Shown here piece by piece: positions 1 to 10,700 of a stretch of 64,000 bases of DNA. Each line of letters starts with the position of its first letter. Position 1 is the first letter of the stretch. A program made the position numbers and the translations under genes. Source of the DNA: Myxococcota bacterium (GTDB lineage Bacteria; Myxococcota_A; Bradymonadia; UBA7976; UBA1532). The notes under the pieces were generated by a model. That model saw only the letters and a list, made by a program, of their open reading frames with translations, was not told the origin of the DNA and did no database searches. The stretch is taken from positions 43,605-107,604 of the forward strand of contig JAKLJY010000004.1 in NCBI GenBank assembly GCA_023150895.1, given 5' to 3'.

Positions 1-31
1 GGCCGGCCGTGAGGAGCTGCGGACGCCGGCC

Positions 32-790
32 GTGCCGTGGACACTGACCATCGCCCCCGACACGCAGCACGTCCTCATCGACGTCCGCCCCGGCTTCACC
101 GAGGGCCTCGCGCTCTTCGGCCTCGCCGCCGCGGAGACCCGCATTGTCGAGCGGATCGTGCAGGTGTGTGCCCGGGACTTCGCCGGCCTCCGCGTCCACT
201 GCGGGACGACCCCGCCCCCGAACGTCCTGGAGTTCGTGACGGTCGAGCTCGGCGGTCAGGACCCCAACGGGCTCGGCCTCTTCGGGCTCGAGGCGTCGCC
301 CCGCAAGGACTCGGGGAACCGTCGCCTGGACGAGCGGATCGGCGGACACGACCCGGAAACCGACGCGCACGGCGGCGTGTTCGTCTCGTCGTTCCTCGCC
401 CTTTCGCCGGGTGCGAGCGCTCCGTCGACGCTCGCCGACCCCGCGTTCGACGACGTGTTCGCACCGTTCTCCCCCGCCCTGTCCGAAGACGCGCAGCCGT
501 ACGACCCCGAAACGGACCCGCCCGGCACGGAACGCGCAACCCGGGCGGACGGCGCCGTGCGAGCGCTCGGCGCCCTGGTCGGCAGTACCGTGACGCATGA
601 GCTCGGGCACGCCTTGGGGCTATCGGCGGCGTCGGACGCCGTGCACAATCCGGGGGACTGGCCGCTGGACCTGATGGATGCCGGCGAGCACCGGCCCTTC
701 GCCGAGCGTGCCGAACTCGGGGACCATCCCCCGGCCCGCTTCACCGGGCCCAACGCCGTCGCCCTCGCCCGCCTGCTCGGAGACCCGTGA
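32..790 (+). CDS. HExxH zinc-metallopeptidase-like protein; reading frame is open to the window start, so it may be 5'-partial
   Basis: The ORF has no in-frame stop back to position 2 and contains the motif HELGHALGL (HExxH). It is GC3-rich on this strand and is followed closely by the next gene (overlap 787-790). Confidence 0.5.
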   Translation: MPWTLTIAPDTQHVLIDVRPGFTEGLALFGLAAAETRIVERIVQVCARDFAGLRVHCGTTPPPNVLEFVTVELGGQDPNGLGLFGLEASPRKDSGNRRLDERIGGHDPETDAHGGVFVSSFLALSPGASAPSTLADPAFDDVFAPFSPALSEDAQPYDPETDPPGTERATRADGAVRALGALVGSTVTHELGHALGLSAASDAVHNPGDWPLDLMDAGEHRPFAERAELGDHPPARFTGPNAVALARLLGDP

Positions 791-1452
791 TGTCCGTCGT
801 GCCCCGCTGCCCGCCCGCCGCTCGTTTGGCCCTGGTCGTCGCCTGGGCCGTCCCCGGGCTCGCGGCTTGCGACGAGCCGACACGCGCCGGGCCGGTCGCA
901 CCGGTGACCGCCCCGGCCACCACGGCCCCGAGCGCCGCCTCGCGGCCCTGTGGGGACGACGCCGACTGCACCCGCCCGTGGCACCCTTCGATGGAAGGCT
1001 GCGGCAGCCTCGACCGCTGTTTCGATGGCACTTGTCTGCCGCCACCGGCCGCGACGGGCATTCCCAACGCCCAGACGGGCTCGCTGACCATCGAAACCCC
1101 CGCCGGTGAGCGCCGATATGCGGTGGAGGTTGCGGACGCACACTTCGAGACCCAACGCGGACTGATGTGCCGGACAAAGATGCGGCCGGACTGGGGCATG
1201 GTCTTCCTGCTCGACGAGACGCGGATCCAGTCCTTCTGGATGAAGAACACGCTGATCCCCCTCGACATGGTCTTCCTCACGGAGGACTGGACCATCGCGG
1301 GGGTCGTATCCGACGTGCCCCCGCGGACGCTCGAGCCGCGAGGCGTCCACACGCCGTCGCGATACGTACTCGAGCTCGTCGCAGGCGAAGCGCGTCGAGC
1401 GGGCCTGGCGGCCGGCCAACGCGCTCGTTTCTATCGGCCACGCGGCGAGTGA
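787..1452 (+). CDS. DUF192-family (COG1430-like) lipoprotein
   Basis: N-terminal lipoprotein signal (LAAC lipobox). The C-terminal region (AVEVADAHFETQRGLMCRTKMRPDWGMVFL...LDMVFL) matches the DUF192 pattern. GTG/ATG start overlaps the upstream stop. Confidence 0.55.
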   Translation: MMSVVPRCPPAARLALVVAWAVPGLAACDEPTRAGPVAPVTAPATTAPSAASRPCGDDADCTRPWHPSMEGCGSLDRCFDGTCLPPPAATGIPNAQTGSLTIETPAGERRYAVEVADAHFETQRGLMCRTKMRPDWGMVFLLDETRIQSFWMKNTLIPLDMVFLTEDWTIAGVVSDVPPRTLEPRGVHTPSRYVLELVAGEARRAGLAAGQRARFYRPRGE

Positions 1453-1484
1453 GCGCCGCTTCGACGCGCGCAGCCGACGACGGC

Positions 1485-1895
1485 TCAGCCGGCTTCGGAC
1501 GCCTTGCTCGACTCGACGAGTCGGCGAAACAGCGCCTCGCCGAGGTGCTCGACCATCAGCGCGTCGACGACGCGCTTGAGCGCGATCCGCTCCTGGTCGT
1601 CCTGAAACAGAAGTTCGACGCCCATCCCGGCTTCGACGCCGGGCGCCCCCGGGGAGACGACCCGCCGGACGACCCCCTTCAACGTGATCGGGGTCTCGAG
1701 CCGGGGGATGCTCAGCGTGAAGAGCGCCTCCGTGCCCGCCGGCAGGGGTTGGTCCGTTCGGACGAACAGACCGCCGCTGCTGATGTCCCGCGTGAAATCC
1801 GCGATGAACGCGTTGATGCGTTTGTATTCGACCTTGATCTCGATGGGCACGCGCGCCGACCGCCGTTGGTGAATGCCAGACATGCAACGGATCAT
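1485..1895 (-). CDS. PilZ-domain protein (putative c-di-GMP receptor)
   Basis: RxxxR motif (RRSAR) followed by DxSxxG (DISSGGLFV), diagnostic of PilZ. About 130 aa. Alternative start at the internal Met (about 1883). Confidence 0.6.
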   Translation of the reverse strand: MIRCMSGIHQRRSARVPIEIKVEYKRINAFIADFTRDISSGGLFVRTDQPLPAGTEALFTLSIPRLETPITLKGVVRRVVSPGAPGVEAGMGVELLFQDDQERIALKRVVDALMVEHLGEALFRRLVESSKASEAG

Positions 1896-1948
1896 GGCAC
1901 GTCACGTCCGATCGCGCCAAGGAATGCCGCGACGGCGCCGCGCGGGGC

Positions 1949-4177
1949 ATGCCGGTGAAGCGGATTCCCATCGCCCCGCTGCTGCTGCTCACCTGGAGCA
2001 CGGCGCTTTGTTTCATTCCCCTTCTGAACCTGCTCGCCTTCGAGTTCGCCGTCTTCACGACGCTCCCCGTGATGCTCGTCTCGGCGGGCCGCGGCATGCG
2101 GGCAGCGTCGGCGCACGGCTTCGTGCCCCATGCACGCGCGCTGCTCGGGACCCTCGGCCTGACGTTGCTGCCGCTCGGCCCCATCACCCTGAACGCACTC
2201 CGGGTCCAGAACTGCAACTTCACCGAGGGGCTGCTGTTCTATCTGCTTCTGCCCGGGGTGACGGCGCCGGTGGCGTACCTTTGGGGCTTCGCATGCGCGC
2301 GCCTGTCGCCGAACCGCCCACGCCTGGCTTTCGGCGCGGTCTTTGTGTTCTCCCTGCTCGCACCGCTGGGTTTCTTTGCTCTCGCGCCCCCGGTCGATGC
2401 GTTTCACTGGTTCGTGGGGTACTACCCGGGCTCGCTCTACGACGAGGTCATCCCACTCACGGGTCGACTGGTCGGCGCCCGCCTCGTCGACCTGAGCCTC
2501 GCGCTGGCGGCCGCGCTCGCTGCGGCGGGCCGGGGACGCGCTCGCCTCGTGGCGAGCGGGCTCGTCGCGGCAGGGCTCGCGGTCGGCGAACCCCTCGATC
2601 TGTATCGAACCTCGACCCATGTCCAGGCCGAGCTCGGTGGCCTCGCCGAGGCGCCGGGCTTCCGGATGCACTACCCCCGGGCGCTGCCCGCCGAGCGGGT
2701 GGCCGGGCTGATGACGGAACTGGCGTTCCGCCATGAAGAGCTCACGCAGTTCTTCGGGCGGGCGCCTGCGCTGCCCATCGAGGTCTGGTTCTACGCGGAC
2801 GTCCGCCAGAAGAAGCGCCTGATGGGGGCGGGCGCCGTGCGCATTGCCAAGCCGTGGCAGCGCGCGGTCCACCTTCAGGTGCCCGACATCGGTGACGGCA
2901 TCCTGGCGCACGAGCTCGCCCATGCGTTCTCCGCCGAGATCAGCGCCGCGCCGCACCATCTGAGCCTGACCCCCTGGGGGTTGCCGAACATGGGGCTGAT
3001 CGAGGGGGTCGCGGTCGCTGCGGCCTGGGATGACAGCCCGCTCGACGCGCATCAATGGACGATGGCCATGCGGCAGCTCGGCGTGGGCAAGGACCTACGC
3101 ACGCTCCTGAGCCCCCAGGGCTTCCTCACGGCCAACTCCCGGGCCGCGTACACGCAGTGTGGGTCCTACGTCCGCTGGCTCCGCGACACGGCCGGCACGA
3201 CGGCTGTCGAAGCGCTCTACCGACGAGGGACGCTCGAGGCCGTGTCGGACGAACGGTCCGATTCCGTCGCCGAGTGGCTCCGGTTCCTCGAAACCCGGAC
3301 GGTCGGTGACGCTGCGCTCGCCATTGCCCGGCTGCGGTTCGATCGACCCGCCATCTTCGGCAAGACCTGTGCCCACGAAATCGCCGCGCTCCGGGCGAAG
3401 CTCGACGACGTCTCGGGCGCCGATGTGCGCGAAGGGATCGAGCTCGTCGACGCCATCCTGGGGCACTTGCCGAACGACCCCGACGCGATGTTGACGCGCA
3501 TTGCCCTCCTCGCCCGCCGGGCGGCGGAGGATCCCACCGTAGCCGCGGAGACCCTCGAGGCGGCGGATGCGCTGGCCGCGCGACCGGACATCGGGCTCGT
3601 GCGGCGCGCCCGTGCCCGGGAGTGGCAAGCCGATCTGCGCGCGCGGCGTGGCACCCCCGCAGATGTCGCGCTGGCGCGGACCGTCTACGACGCCCTCGCC
3701 GGCGCACACTTCGACCGGGCCTGGACGCGACGCATCGCGGTCAAGCGCGCCGCGCTCGACGGTGGCTCATGGGGCCGCGCGGTGCTGGCTTTGCTCCTCG
3801 CGCCGGAGGATGCCGCCCCTTCGAGCGGCGACGCACGCCTCGACGAGGTGGTCGCCGCGGCGCCAGACCACCCGATCACCCACTATCTTCGAGGCCGACA
3901 GGCCGCACGCCGGGGCGAAACCGAAGCCGCGGTGGACCACAGCGTCGCGGCACTCGCCGCCGGGCTCCCGCACCCCGCGCTGACGTTCGAAGCGATGCGG
4001 CTGGTGGCGGCGACCCGCTTCCAGGCGGGGGACTACCGCGCCGCCGCCACCGCGTACGGCGACCTCGCCGCCCGCACCGATCTCGCCATCGAGGACGGCG
4101 AGCGTGCCGTGCTGGAGACCTGGGCGCGGCGTGCCCGCTTTTTCGCCGAGCACCCACCGGTCACGCCGGCAGATTGA
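1949..4177 (+). CDS. polytopic membrane protein with HExxH (MA-clan-like) metallopeptidase module and C-terminal TPR-like helical region
   Basis: About 7 predicted hydrophobic helices in the first 200 aa. Motif ILAHELAHAF with a downstream EGVA. C-terminal half is helical-repeat rich (TPR-like). ATG at 1949. Confidence 0.6.
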   Translation: MPVKRIPIAPLLLLTWSTALCFIPLLNLLAFEFAVFTTLPVMLVSAGRGMRAASAHGFVPHARALLGTLGLTLLPLGPITLNALRVQNCNFTEGLLFYLLLPGVTAPVAYLWGFACARLSPNRPRLAFGAVFVFSLLAPLGFFALAPPVDAFHWFVGYYPGSLYDEVIPLTGRLVGARLVDLSLALAAALAAAGRGRARLVASGLVAAGLAVGEPLDLYRTSTHVQAELGGLAEAPGFRMHYPRALPAERVAGLMTELAFRHEELTQFFGRAPALPIEVWFYADVRQKKRLMGAGAVRIAKPWQRAVHLQVPDIGDGILAHELAHAFSAEISAAPHHLSLTPWGLPNMGLIEGVAVAAAWDDSPLDAHQWTMAMRQLGVGKDLRTLLSPQGFLTANSRAAYTQCGSYVRWLRDTAGTTAVEALYRRGTLEAVSDERSDSVAEWLRFLETRTVGDAALAIARLRFDRPAIFGKTCAHEIAALRAKLDDVSGADVREGIELVDAILGHLPNDPDAMLTRIALLARRAAEDPTVAAETLEAADALAARPDIGLVRRARAREWQADLRARRGTPADVALARTVYDALAGAHFDRAWTRRIAVKRAALDGGSWGRAVLALLLAPEDAAPSSGDARLDEVVAAAPDHPITHYLRGRQAARRGETEAAVDHSVAALAAGLPHPALTFEAMRLVAATRFQAGDYRAAATAYGDLAARTDLAIEDGERAVLETWARRARFFAEHPPVTPAD

Positions 4178-4254
4178 CAGGGGGCAGGCGGTTGGGGAAT
4201 GCTCCCGCGTTCTCCGCCGGTTCGGCGGAGCAGAACGACCGCCCGGAGCCTCGG

Positions 4255-4743
4255 ATGCGCCTTCGCCGACTGATCCCCCTGTTCGCCGTTCCCCTGCTGT
4301 TCAGTCTCGCCGGCGCCGCCTGCGGCCCCCGCTACGTCACGGGCACGCAGGTCGAGTACTCCGACGAGCGCGAGGCGGTCGCCGCCGTCGTCGAGCGCTA
4401 TCGGGTGGCCCTGGAGCAGCGGGACGCCGATACCATCCGCAAGCTGACGAGCAAGTCGTACTACGAGAACGGCAGCACGACGGACGATCCCAACGACGAC
4501 TACGATGCGGCCGGGCTCGAAAAGGTCCTCGGCGCCCTCAAGGCCAACGTCAAGACGGTTCGCTACGCCATCGAGATCACGGCGATCGAGGTCGTCGAGA
4601 GCCTCGCCTCCGTCGACTACGACTACAAGGCCGAGTTCATGTACACGGTCGGCGAGCAGGACCGCTGGGGCACGACCAACGACAAGAACCGCATGACGCT
4701 TCGACTCGAAGACGGCCACTGGCGCATCTCGAGCGGCATGTGA
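4255..4743 (+). CDS. lipoprotein, SnoaL/DUF4440-like fold (hypothetical)
   Basis: Start chosen at MRLRRLIPLFAVPLLFSLAGAAC (lipobox). The longer upstream extension in the ORF track is an Arg/Pro-rich frame shadow. Ends with ...LEDGHWRISSG, typical of SnoaL-like proteins. Confidence 0.5.
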   Translation: MRLRRLIPLFAVPLLFSLAGAACGPRYVTGTQVEYSDEREAVAAVVERYRVALEQRDADTIRKLTSKSYYENGSTTDDPNDDYDAAGLEKVLGALKANVKTVRYAIEITAIEVVESLASVDYDYKAEFMYTVGEQDRWGTTNDKNRMTLRLEDGHWRISSGM

Positions 4744-4750
4744 GTCCCTG

Positions 4751-4763
4751 CCCGGTCGCCGGG
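4751..4763. terminator. candidate bidirectional hairpin between convergent genes
   Basis: cccgg-tcg-ccggg inverted repeat in the 28-nt gap between the stop at 4743 (+) and the stop at 4772 (-). No T-tract is expected in a high-GC genome. Confidence 0.25.
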
Positions 4764-4771
4764 CAACGGGG

Positions 4772-7700
4772 CTAACGCAGGGCGCCGAGCAGCGCGTGGA
4801 AGCGGGTCCCGAACGCGTATCGATACACGTCCGCGACCTCTGCGTTGGCCTCCATGAGCGCGACGAACCCGTCGGCGCCTTTGACGCGGAGGGTCCGGAC
4901 GGCTTCGTCCTCGCGCTGGAGCAGCGCAACGGCGCGCCCGAGGTCACCCGTCAGGACGAAGGCCGTCCGGTTCGCGAGCTTCCGGGTGGCCTGCGCCCAG
5001 AGTTCGAACGCGCGGGGACCGAGAGCCGAGACGGGGCCCGCACAGGCCGACAGCGCCTCGATCACCGACGCGTCGAGGTTCTCGACGAGAAAGTCTGCCC
5101 AGAACTCGATCCGCTCCGCCTCGGCGCCCGTCCGGATCGCGTACTCGGGACCGTCCTCGCCGAGGGCGACGGCCATCGCGGCGGCAAAGAGCGCACGCGC
5201 GTCCTCCCAGCCGAGGCCGTTGAGCAGCAGGTGATGGTCGCGCATGCCCTCGAGTGCCCTCGCGAACTGAAATCGGAGGTCCCGCGGGTTCGTGCCCTGC
5301 AGAAGCCCGGCGTCGACGACGAGCTCGAGCGGGAAGAGCTGCATGGCCTCGACACGTTGCGTCGGGGCGGCCCGCACCCACAGCGGGCAGCGGGGCATCT
5401 CGAGGGCATCGCAGAGTCCGACGACGAGTTCGACGACGTGGGGCGCCTGAACCTGCGCCGGCTCGACGGGCTCGACCTGCCCCGAGAGCAACGCGTCGAG
5501 GGGCTCCCCGACCGCGGCCCAGAGCGTCCGGAGGAAGACGGCCGTCGCATTCTTCCACTCCGGCTCGGCGATCAGTTCGCCGCGCGTCACGGCGTCGAGG
5601 ACGAGGCCTTGCCGATCATCGAGGGGCCCGCCCAACGACCGGGCGAGCTCAGCCTCTTCGCGCGTCGCCTCGCGAATCAGGTTCAGCAGGCGGAGCGGGG
5701 TCACCGCCCAGTGGCTGCGGCCCGCGCCCCGATAGAGCGCCACCAGATCGCGCAACGACCCCGGCTCGGCCGGGACGGCGCGCAGGTACGCGGTGCGGTG
5801 CCTGATCGCGCGCTCGAAGTGGCGCGAATCGTCCGGATCCGCCACGGCCTGCGTGGCGAGCCGCCCGTAGAGTTCCGCGAGCTGCCGCTGGGCACCGAGG
5901 TGATCCGGCAGGATGGCGTGCAGCTCCTCGAAGACCTCGAGCGCACCGGCCGTGTCTCCCCGCGAGACGAGCGCGGCGCCGAGGGCTTCCAGCGCCGGCC
6001 CGCGCTCGCGGCCACCGACCCCGGTGATGCCTTGCCAGAGCGACCGAAGCACGACCGCCGCCGTGTCGGCCTCGTCCGGTGCAGGCGGGGCGGCCGCAAG
6101 CGTCGCCAACGCGCCACGCACCGCCAGGGCGTGCAAGGGCGAGAGTTCGACGGCCGACCGGAACGCGAGGTGGGCCTCGTCCGCGCGTCCCGCGCGCTGT
6201 TTCAAGTCCCCGACCGCACAGAAGAGGTCCGCCCGGGCGTTCGGATCGGTCTCACGGACCAGGAGCCGTTGGGCAATGCCGAGCGCCTGTTCCGACCGCT
6301 GCTGCTCTCGGAAGATCGGGAGCAGCCGGGTCAGGAGCGCGTGGTCGTCGAGACCCTCCTGCAGCGCCCGCTCATAGAAGCCGACCGCACGCGCCGGCTT
6401 GCCCAGGCGAGATTCGGCGACGATCCCGGCGGCCAGCCAGGCCATCGCTCGGATCCGGGGGTCGTCGGCGTCGGCGGCGATGCGCTCGCGCAGGCGGATG
6501 GAGGCCTCCCAGTGCCCGGCCCGCTCCTGGAGGTTCGCCAGGGCCTCGAGTGCGTCGATGCGGGTCGACGGCTCCTGCGCCGCGGCCTCGAAGGCGCGAA
6601 TCGCCCGCTCGACGTCGCCCGCCGCCGAGAAGCACCGGGCGCGTCGCATGGACTCGCGAGCCTTGTGAAGACCCGGATCGACACCGTCGGGTACCGGCGG
6701 CAGGCCGGCGAGTCTCGCGTAGACGGTCGCAGCCTCGCTGAGTTCGGCCTCGCGATAGAGCGTTTCGGCGAGCAGATGCCCGACGTCTTCGCGGTCGGGC
6801 AGCCGTCGCCACGCATCCCGCAACAGGGTCAGCGCAGACGTCTCATCCCCGCCTTCGAGGGACTGACGGGCCCGAAAGAGCTGGAGCTGCACCAGCAGCG
6901 GCGTTGCCCGGGCCACGACGGGATCCGGCCCGCCTCCGGGAATCGGCGGGGGCCGGTGATCGAGTCGCCCCTGCAGGCGGTCTGCCAGCGCCGCGATCGC
7001 CGACGCGTCCCCACGCGCGAGGGCCAGCGCCGCAAGCCCCTCCGTCGCCTCGAGTGATTTGGGATCCGCGACCAGCGCCTCGGCGAATCGGTTCTCGGCC
7101 GCCTGTGGATCCTGTCGTTTGTCCCGGTGGAGGACCGCCAGTTCACACAGCAGTGCCCCGCGCTCCACGGGCGACACCGTCGCCTGGATGCGCTGTACGA
7201 GCTGACTCGCCAGGAGATCCCAATCGCGTCGACGCGCCGCATACTCGCGGACCGCGGCCTCGGCCGAGTCGTCGTGGGGGTCGAGCGCGAGGAGCTGCTG
7301 CCAGAGGCCGATGGCGAGTTCGGGTGCGTTGAGCGTCTCGAGCGCTCGGGCCCCCTTGCCGAGCAGCCCGAGCACCTGCATGGGCGTCGCGGCAGACCGG
7401 ACCTGTGCCTGAATCGCCGCCAGGAGCGACTCCGGCGCCTGCGCCCGGATCGCAACGGACTCGAGGCGGCTGAGGACGGCGGCGTCCCCGGGACAGGACT
7501 CGATGGCCGTTCGAAGCGTCTCCATCGCGGCCGCCAGGTCGCCTTGCCGCTCGGCCTGGACGTCGGACAACCGAAGCGCCCAGGCGGACGCGGCGGCTGC
7601 ATCGGTCATGTCCGGACCAGCCTCGATCGGCGGCCCGTGGCGCACGAGCAAGGCGACGACGTCCGTCCAGCGCTTCTCCGCGGCCGCCAGTTCGAGGACC

Positions 7701-10700
7701 TCCCGGGCGACGGCGACGTCCCCCGGACGGAGTTCCAGGGCGCGGGCCAACCAGCCACGCGCCTTCTTCCGGTTCTGAAAGCGGTCGCGGGCCACGCGAC
7801 CGGCGAGCAGCAGGAGCTCGAGTTCGCTCTCCCCCGCAGCGGCCCCGAGCGCGCGCTCGGCCGCGACCAGGAGTTCTTCGTGCTCGGCGTTGCCGTCCGC
7901 GAGCGCGGCCATCTCGCGGACGATGTCGATGGCTTCGTCCGGCGGAACGTCCAGCGCGAGCCGCGACAGCACGCGAAACGCTTCGCGGGGCTGATCGCGT
8001 CGGGTCCGCAACAGTTCGGCCTTGCGCCGGAGCACCGCGCCCCGTGCTTCGATGGGGAGGACACGGGCTCGTGCATCGAGCGCCTCGATGATCCCGGCGA
8101 CGTCATCTCTGGCCTCGAGGAGCTCGACGAGGAGTTCGTGCGCAGTGGCGTCCGATGGCCGCAGGGTCAGGATGCGGGCGCAGACCTGCTCGGCCTTTCG
8201 GGGGGCCGCCATCGGCGTGCGGTAGACCACGGCGAGCTCATGCATCACTGCGATGCGGGCGTCTTCGAGCCCGCGAACGGCGCGCAGCTCGAGGTGCGCG
8301 GCGAGCGCCTCCCAGTCCTCCGTCTGCCGCAGGAGCCGGGCGAGCGAGGTGGACGCGAGCTCGTCGTTGGGCTCGAGCTCGACGACATGGCGAAGGATCC
8401 GGGCCGCCCCCGCGTGATCACCGTTTTCCCCCAGGAGCGTCGACGCTTCGCGATAGAGCCTCAGGCGGGCATGGGGATCGTCCGACCACCCCGCCTCCTC
8501 TTCGAAAGCGGCGGCGAGTTCCTGCCAGCGACCGAGTTCACCGGCCAGGCGCCGCATGGCCGCGTGCGTCGTCTCGTTCCAGGTCTCGAGCGAAAACGCT
8601 CGGCGCAGGGTCTCCATCGCCTTCTCGGGCTGGCCGAGTTTCCGCTCCTGAATGCGGGCGACGTCGTGCAGCAGACTGATCTTGAGCCAGGTCTCCTCTG
8701 CGTCCCGGACCTTGAGTTCGAAGACCCGGATGATGAGGGCCCATGCCCCGTGGGCCTCGGCCAGGCGCCACGCCTCGGCGCGCGTGGTCTCGTCCTCCGG
8801 ATCGAGCTGAAGCGCGATGACGTACTGCTCGAAGGCACGTTCCCAATCACCGCAGCGCGTCTCGAGCAGCCGCGCGAGCTCGTGGATCGTCGCGAGGCGC
8901 GCCGTGAGCTGCGTCTGCTTCTGCCATCGCTCGCGGTACTGCTCCGTCAGCGCGTCCCAGTAGCCGTGCGTCTCGGCCATCCGCACCAGCTCGGGCAGCA
9001 CCGCGCCTTCGGACGCGCCGGACTTCAACGCCGCGGCATAGGTCTCGAATGCGCGCTCGGGGTCGGCGAGGTGACGCTCCAGGATGGCGGCGGACCGCAG
9101 CAGCAGCGCCGCCCGCACCTCGCGATCAATCACCCCGCGCATGAGCAGCGCGCACGCATCGAGGACTTCGGACCACGCGCCGCCTGCCTCACAGACGCGC
9201 ACGTACTCGTCGAAGACCCGTCCCTCGCGGGGCGCGATTTCGAACGCGGCCTTGAGCAGCTCGCGGGCCTTCTCGGGCGATCGCAGGCGCTCTTCGGCCA
9301 CGCGGCTCTGCTGAACGAGAACTTCGATCTGCTCCTCGCGGGTCGTCGCCCGTTGCCGCGCGACCTCGAGGACGCGGATGTAGCGATCCCAGAGCCCGGC
9401 GGCTTCGGCGAGCCGGCCCATTTCGCGCACCATCTCGGGATCGGCGTCGCCCGTCAGCTTGAAGGCCCGCCACCAGCACTCGAACGCCTCGGCGAGGTCG
9501 CGTCGATGCGTCTCGATGAGACGCGCGGCGTCGACGAGGCGCTCGATCCGTTCGTCGTCGTCCTCCGCGCGATCGAGCAGCGCGCGCAGGATCCGCACCA
9601 GATCCGCCGGTCGGTCGAGATCGGCATAAAGCGTCCGCAAAGCCATGAGCGCGTCGAGATCGGCCGGGGCGGCCGCGACGACCCGCTCCCAGACCACTGC
9701 GGCGTTGGCCTGCTCCCCGAGGCCCTCGTCGAGCCGGCGCGCGAGCGTCTTCTCGAGGTCGATGCGCTCCGGGCCGGGGGACACGAGCTGAAGCTCCGCC
9801 TCCAGGACACGGCACAGCGTCCAGTCGTCCTGGCGCAGACCGGCGAGGCGCCGCATCTCCTCCAGCGTCTCGCGGTCGTTCGGGAAGTCCTGATTGACCA
9901 GCCGCAGGGCGTCGAGCGCCGCCGACAGCTCACCGGCCGCCTCGTAGGCCCGGGCCTGCCGCTCGCGAAGGCTGCGGGCCTCGATGGGGTTGCGGGCGAG
10001 CGAGGCGAGGATCCCGAGCTGCGTCGCCGCGACCATGCGGTCTTGCAGCCGCTCCGCCTGACGCACCGCCCCGGTCGCCGCCTCCACGTCCGTCGGGGCG
10101 AAACGCTGAACCCGAAGCCACGCCTCGAGCGCGATCGCGGCGTCGCCGCCGTCCACCAGACGGGCCACCTGCTGTGCCAGCCCGAACGCCTCTCCCGCCT
10201 CCATGCCCGGCAGGCGACGCTCGGCGAGCGGGACGAACTCGGTCCACCGCTCGTCGGTCTCGTAGAGCCGCAACCGCTCGTCCATGACCTCCGGGTCGTC
10301 CGGAAGCACCTCGGCGATGCGTTCCCAGCACGTCGTGGCCCGCTGCGTATCGCCGAGCCGCAGCTCGATCTGCACGGCGGCTTCTCGCAGCAATGCGACG
10401 CGAACCTCCGGTGCGGTCGCGGCCGCGACGCGCCGCTCGATGACGGCGATCTGCGCTTCGTGCTCCTGCCGACTCGCGTAGATGCCCTGAAGGTACCGCA
10501 GCGCCTCGTCGTCGTCCGGGACCCGTTCGAGGACGGCATCCCAGTCGGCGATGGCAGCATCGAGATCGGCGCCGGCCCGCGTCCGCTCGAGGGCCCGCTC
10601 GCGGAGGAAAGGAACGGCCTCGAGCGCACCGGAGCGCGCGGCCCGGACCCCGAGCGCCTCGATGAGGTCCGCCGAACGAGCCTGCGCACGCAGCAGTACG

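Noticed and set aside
256-2223. 655-aa minus-strand ORF and many similar Arg/Pro/Ser-rich overlapping ORFs throughout the track (e.g. 13230..15710, 27273..30119, 9454..11540, 60887..63265 N-terminal extension)
   Set aside because: Their composition (R, P, G, S runs) is typical of out-of-frame translation of high-GC coding DNA. Each overlaps a better-supported gene on the other strand or frame.
3622-4743. 373-aa ORF extending upstream of the lipoprotein start at 4255
   Set aside because: The upstream 210 codons are Arg-rich frame shadow overlapping the 742-aa gene's 3' end on the same strand. A lipoprotein signal immediately follows the internal Met at 4255.
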